Positions 62,209-64,000 of a stretch of 64,000 nt of DNA are shown piece by piece. Made by a program: the position numbers and the translations under genes. Numbering within the stretch: position 1 is the stretch's first letter; the number at the start of each line of letters is the position of its first letter. Where the stretch lies: positions 125,839 through 189,838 of the forward strand of contig JAUVYB010000001.1 in the NCBI GenBank assembly GCA_030603275.1, read 5' to 3'. The notes beneath the pieces are model-generated. The model did not search any database. It saw only the letters and a program-made list of their open reading frames with translations, and was not told the origin of the DNA. Source of the stretch: Deltaproteobacteria bacterium (GTDB lineage Bacteria > Chloroflexota > Dehalococcoidia > Dehalococcoidales > BS750m-G39).

Positions 62209-64000
62209 AGCGGAATGGGCAGCAGAGTCGCACTGTTTTCGTCTGCCGCGGCACGGGGTGTGTCTCGGGCGGCGGTGACGCTGTTTTCAAGGCGCTAAAG
62301 GCTGAGCTGGCAAGGCAGAAGCTAAAGGGCGCTGAGATAGATTTCACCGGCTGTCACGGCTTCTGCCAGCAGGGCCCAAATGTTGTCATCGAGCCTGACG
62401 GTATCTTCTATACCCATGTTGAACCAGAAGATGCCACCGAGATTGTAACCTCACACCTCCGGGACGGGAAGCCGGTGGAGCGCCTTTTCTACCGTGACCC
62501 GGTCAGCGGCCAGGCCATACCGTGCTACTCGGATATAAAATTCTATAAAGAGCAAAGGCGGGTCATCCTGCGTAACTGTGGCCATATCAATCCAGAGAGG
62601 ATTGATGACTATTTAGACCGTGGCGGCTACCAGTCCCTGCGTAAGGTGCTCTTTCAGATGAAGCCGGAAGAGGTCATTGAGGAGGTGAAGAGTTCAGGGT
62701 TGCGCGGGCGCGGTGGGGCTGGTTTTCCCACCGGACTCAAGTGGGAATTCTGCCACAGTGCCTCCGGCTCACCAAAATATGTTATCTGCAACGCCGATGA
62801 AGGTGACCCCGGCGCCTTTATGGACCGCTCTATCCTGGAGGCGGACCCCCATTCCGTGATAGAGGGGCTGGCTATCTGCGCTTACGCCATCGGTTCCAAC
62901 GAAGGTTATATCTATGTCCGTGCCGAATACCCCCTGGCGGTAAGCCGGCTCCGAATAGCCCTTGACCAGGCTAAAGAGAGAGGCTTCCTGGGAAATGATA
63001 TACAGGGCTCCGGTTTCAATTTCAATGTGTACATTAAAGAAGGAGCTGGTGCCTTTGTCTGTGGTGAGGAGACCGCCCTTATCGCCTCTATTGAGAGCCG
63101 GCGGGGCATGCCCCGCCCCCGCCCGCCTTTTCCCGCCCAATCAGGCCTGGATGGTAAGCCCTCCAACATCAACAATGTGAAAACGCTGGCCTCAATACCG
63201 GTTATCATAGAGAGGGGGGCTGACTGGTTTTCCAGTATCGGCACCGAGAAGAGCAAGGGCACCGCCGTTTTTGCCCTCACCGGGAAGATCGCCAACAGCG
63301 GGCTGGTGGAAGTGCCCATGGGTACTCCATTATCCAAAATTATCTACGAGATTGGCGGTGGTATCCCCAGAAATAAACGGCTTAAAGCTGTGCAGACCGG
63401 TGGCCCCTCAGGTGGCTGTATACCAGCCCGTTTCATTGACCTACCGGTAGACTATGAATCACTGGCTCAGATGGGTTCGATAATGGGTTCCGGCGGTATG
63501 GTGGTGATGGACGAGACAACCTGCATGGTGGAGATAGCCCGCTACTTTCTTAGTTTCACCCAGGATGAATCCTGCGGAAAATGTACCCCCTGCCGCCTGG
63601 GAACCAGGCAGATGCTGGAAATCCTGACCCGAATTACCGAAGGCAAAGGCAGCGAGGCTGACGTCGATACTCTGCTGGCCATAGCCAGAACCGTCAAGGA
63701 GTGCTCACTGTGTGGGCTTGGCCAGACCTCTCCCAACCCGGTGCTCTCCACCATCGAATATTTTCGAGACGAGTATGATGCCCATATAAAGGAGAAGAAG
63801 TGTCCGGCAGCTGTCTGCGACGCTCTAATGATATCGCCCTGTCAGCACACCTGCCCGGTAGGCATCAACGTTCCCAAGTATGTGGCCCACATCGCCGCCG
63901 GTGAATATGAAGAGGCGGTCGACACTATCCGGGAGCGGAACCCCTTCCCGGCTATCTGCGGCCGTATATGCAGTCACCCCTGTGAGTTCAGGTGCCGCCG
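62205..64000 (+). CDS. NuoF/HydB-like FMN/NADH subunit fused to a GltD/NfnB-type FeS domain (partial)
   Basis: Read directly: N-terminal 2Fe-2S domain, GLRGRGGAGFPTG, NADEGDPGAFMDR, GAGAFVCGEET, GGPSGG, then SPCQHTCPVG...NPFPAICGRICSHPCE; runs off the window, so absent from the ORF track. Confidence 0.9.
   Translation, partial: MKRNGQQSRTVFVCRGTGCVSGGGDAVFKALKAELARQKLKGAEIDFTGCHGFCQQGPNVVIEPDGIFYTHVEPEDATEIVTSHLRDGKPVERLFYRDPVSGQAIPCYSDIKFYKEQRRVILRNCGHINPERIDDYLDRGGYQSLRKVLFQMKPEEVIEEVKSSGLRGRGGAGFPTGLKWEFCHSASGSPKYVICNADEGDPGAFMDRSILEADPHSVIEGLAICAYAIGSNEGYIYVRAEYPLAVSRLRIALDQAKERGFLGNDIQGSGFNFNVYIKEGAGAFVCGEETALIASIESRRGMPRPRPPFPAQSGLDGKPSNINNVKTLASIPVIIERGADWFSSIGTEKSKGTAVFALTGKIANSGLVEVPMGTPLSKIIYEIGGGIPRNKRLKAVQTGGPSGGCIPARFIDLPVDYESLAQMGSIMGSGGMVVMDETTCMVEIARYFLSFTQDESCGKCTPCRLGTRQMLEILTRITEGKGSEADVDTLLAIARTVKECSLCGLGQTSPNPVLSTIEYFRDEYDAHIKEKKCPAAVCDALMISPCQHTCPVGINVPKYVAHIAAGEYEEAVDTIRERNPFPAICGRICSHPCEFRCR

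Overview
GC-rich bacterial chromosome segment, most likely from a Dehalococcoidia (Chloroflexota) genome. This is inferred from gene order, unlinked rRNA genes, tuf missing from the str/S10 cluster and protein style; no database search was run. The core content is gatB-secG, a clpC...radA...ispD-ispF-cysE-cysS cluster, 5S and 23S rRNA genes (no 16S), the str-S10-spc-alpha ribosomal protein superoperon through truA-rplM-rpsI, and five tRNAs (Gly-CCC, Ala-CGC, Leu-CAG, Arg-GCG, Val-TAC). Accessory content falls into five groups: (i) two cargo blocks downstream of tRNA-Ala, each bounded by a ~57-bp att-like repeat (GH26 lipoprotein + PilZ-bearing cellulose-synthase-like GT2; nitroreductase); (ii) a MenA/UbiA prenyltransferase coupled to a B12-radical SAM enzyme; (iii) an AT-rich NYN-domain RNase gene with a divergent, fully punctuated ~65-nt two-hairpin small RNA, a candidate RNA-antitoxin system; (iv) hicBA and three more genes between independently transcribed 23S and 5S genes; (v) a decayed island after tRNA-Val with an integrase pseudogene, a TRAP/two-component module flanked by 44-bp direct repeats, and an FdhA-like/NuoE/NuoF-GltD redox operon whose FdhA-like subunit lacks the catalytic Cys/Sec. 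REP-like palindromic repeats recur in intergenic regions, and a smaller nested element appears to sit in-frame inside rplD.
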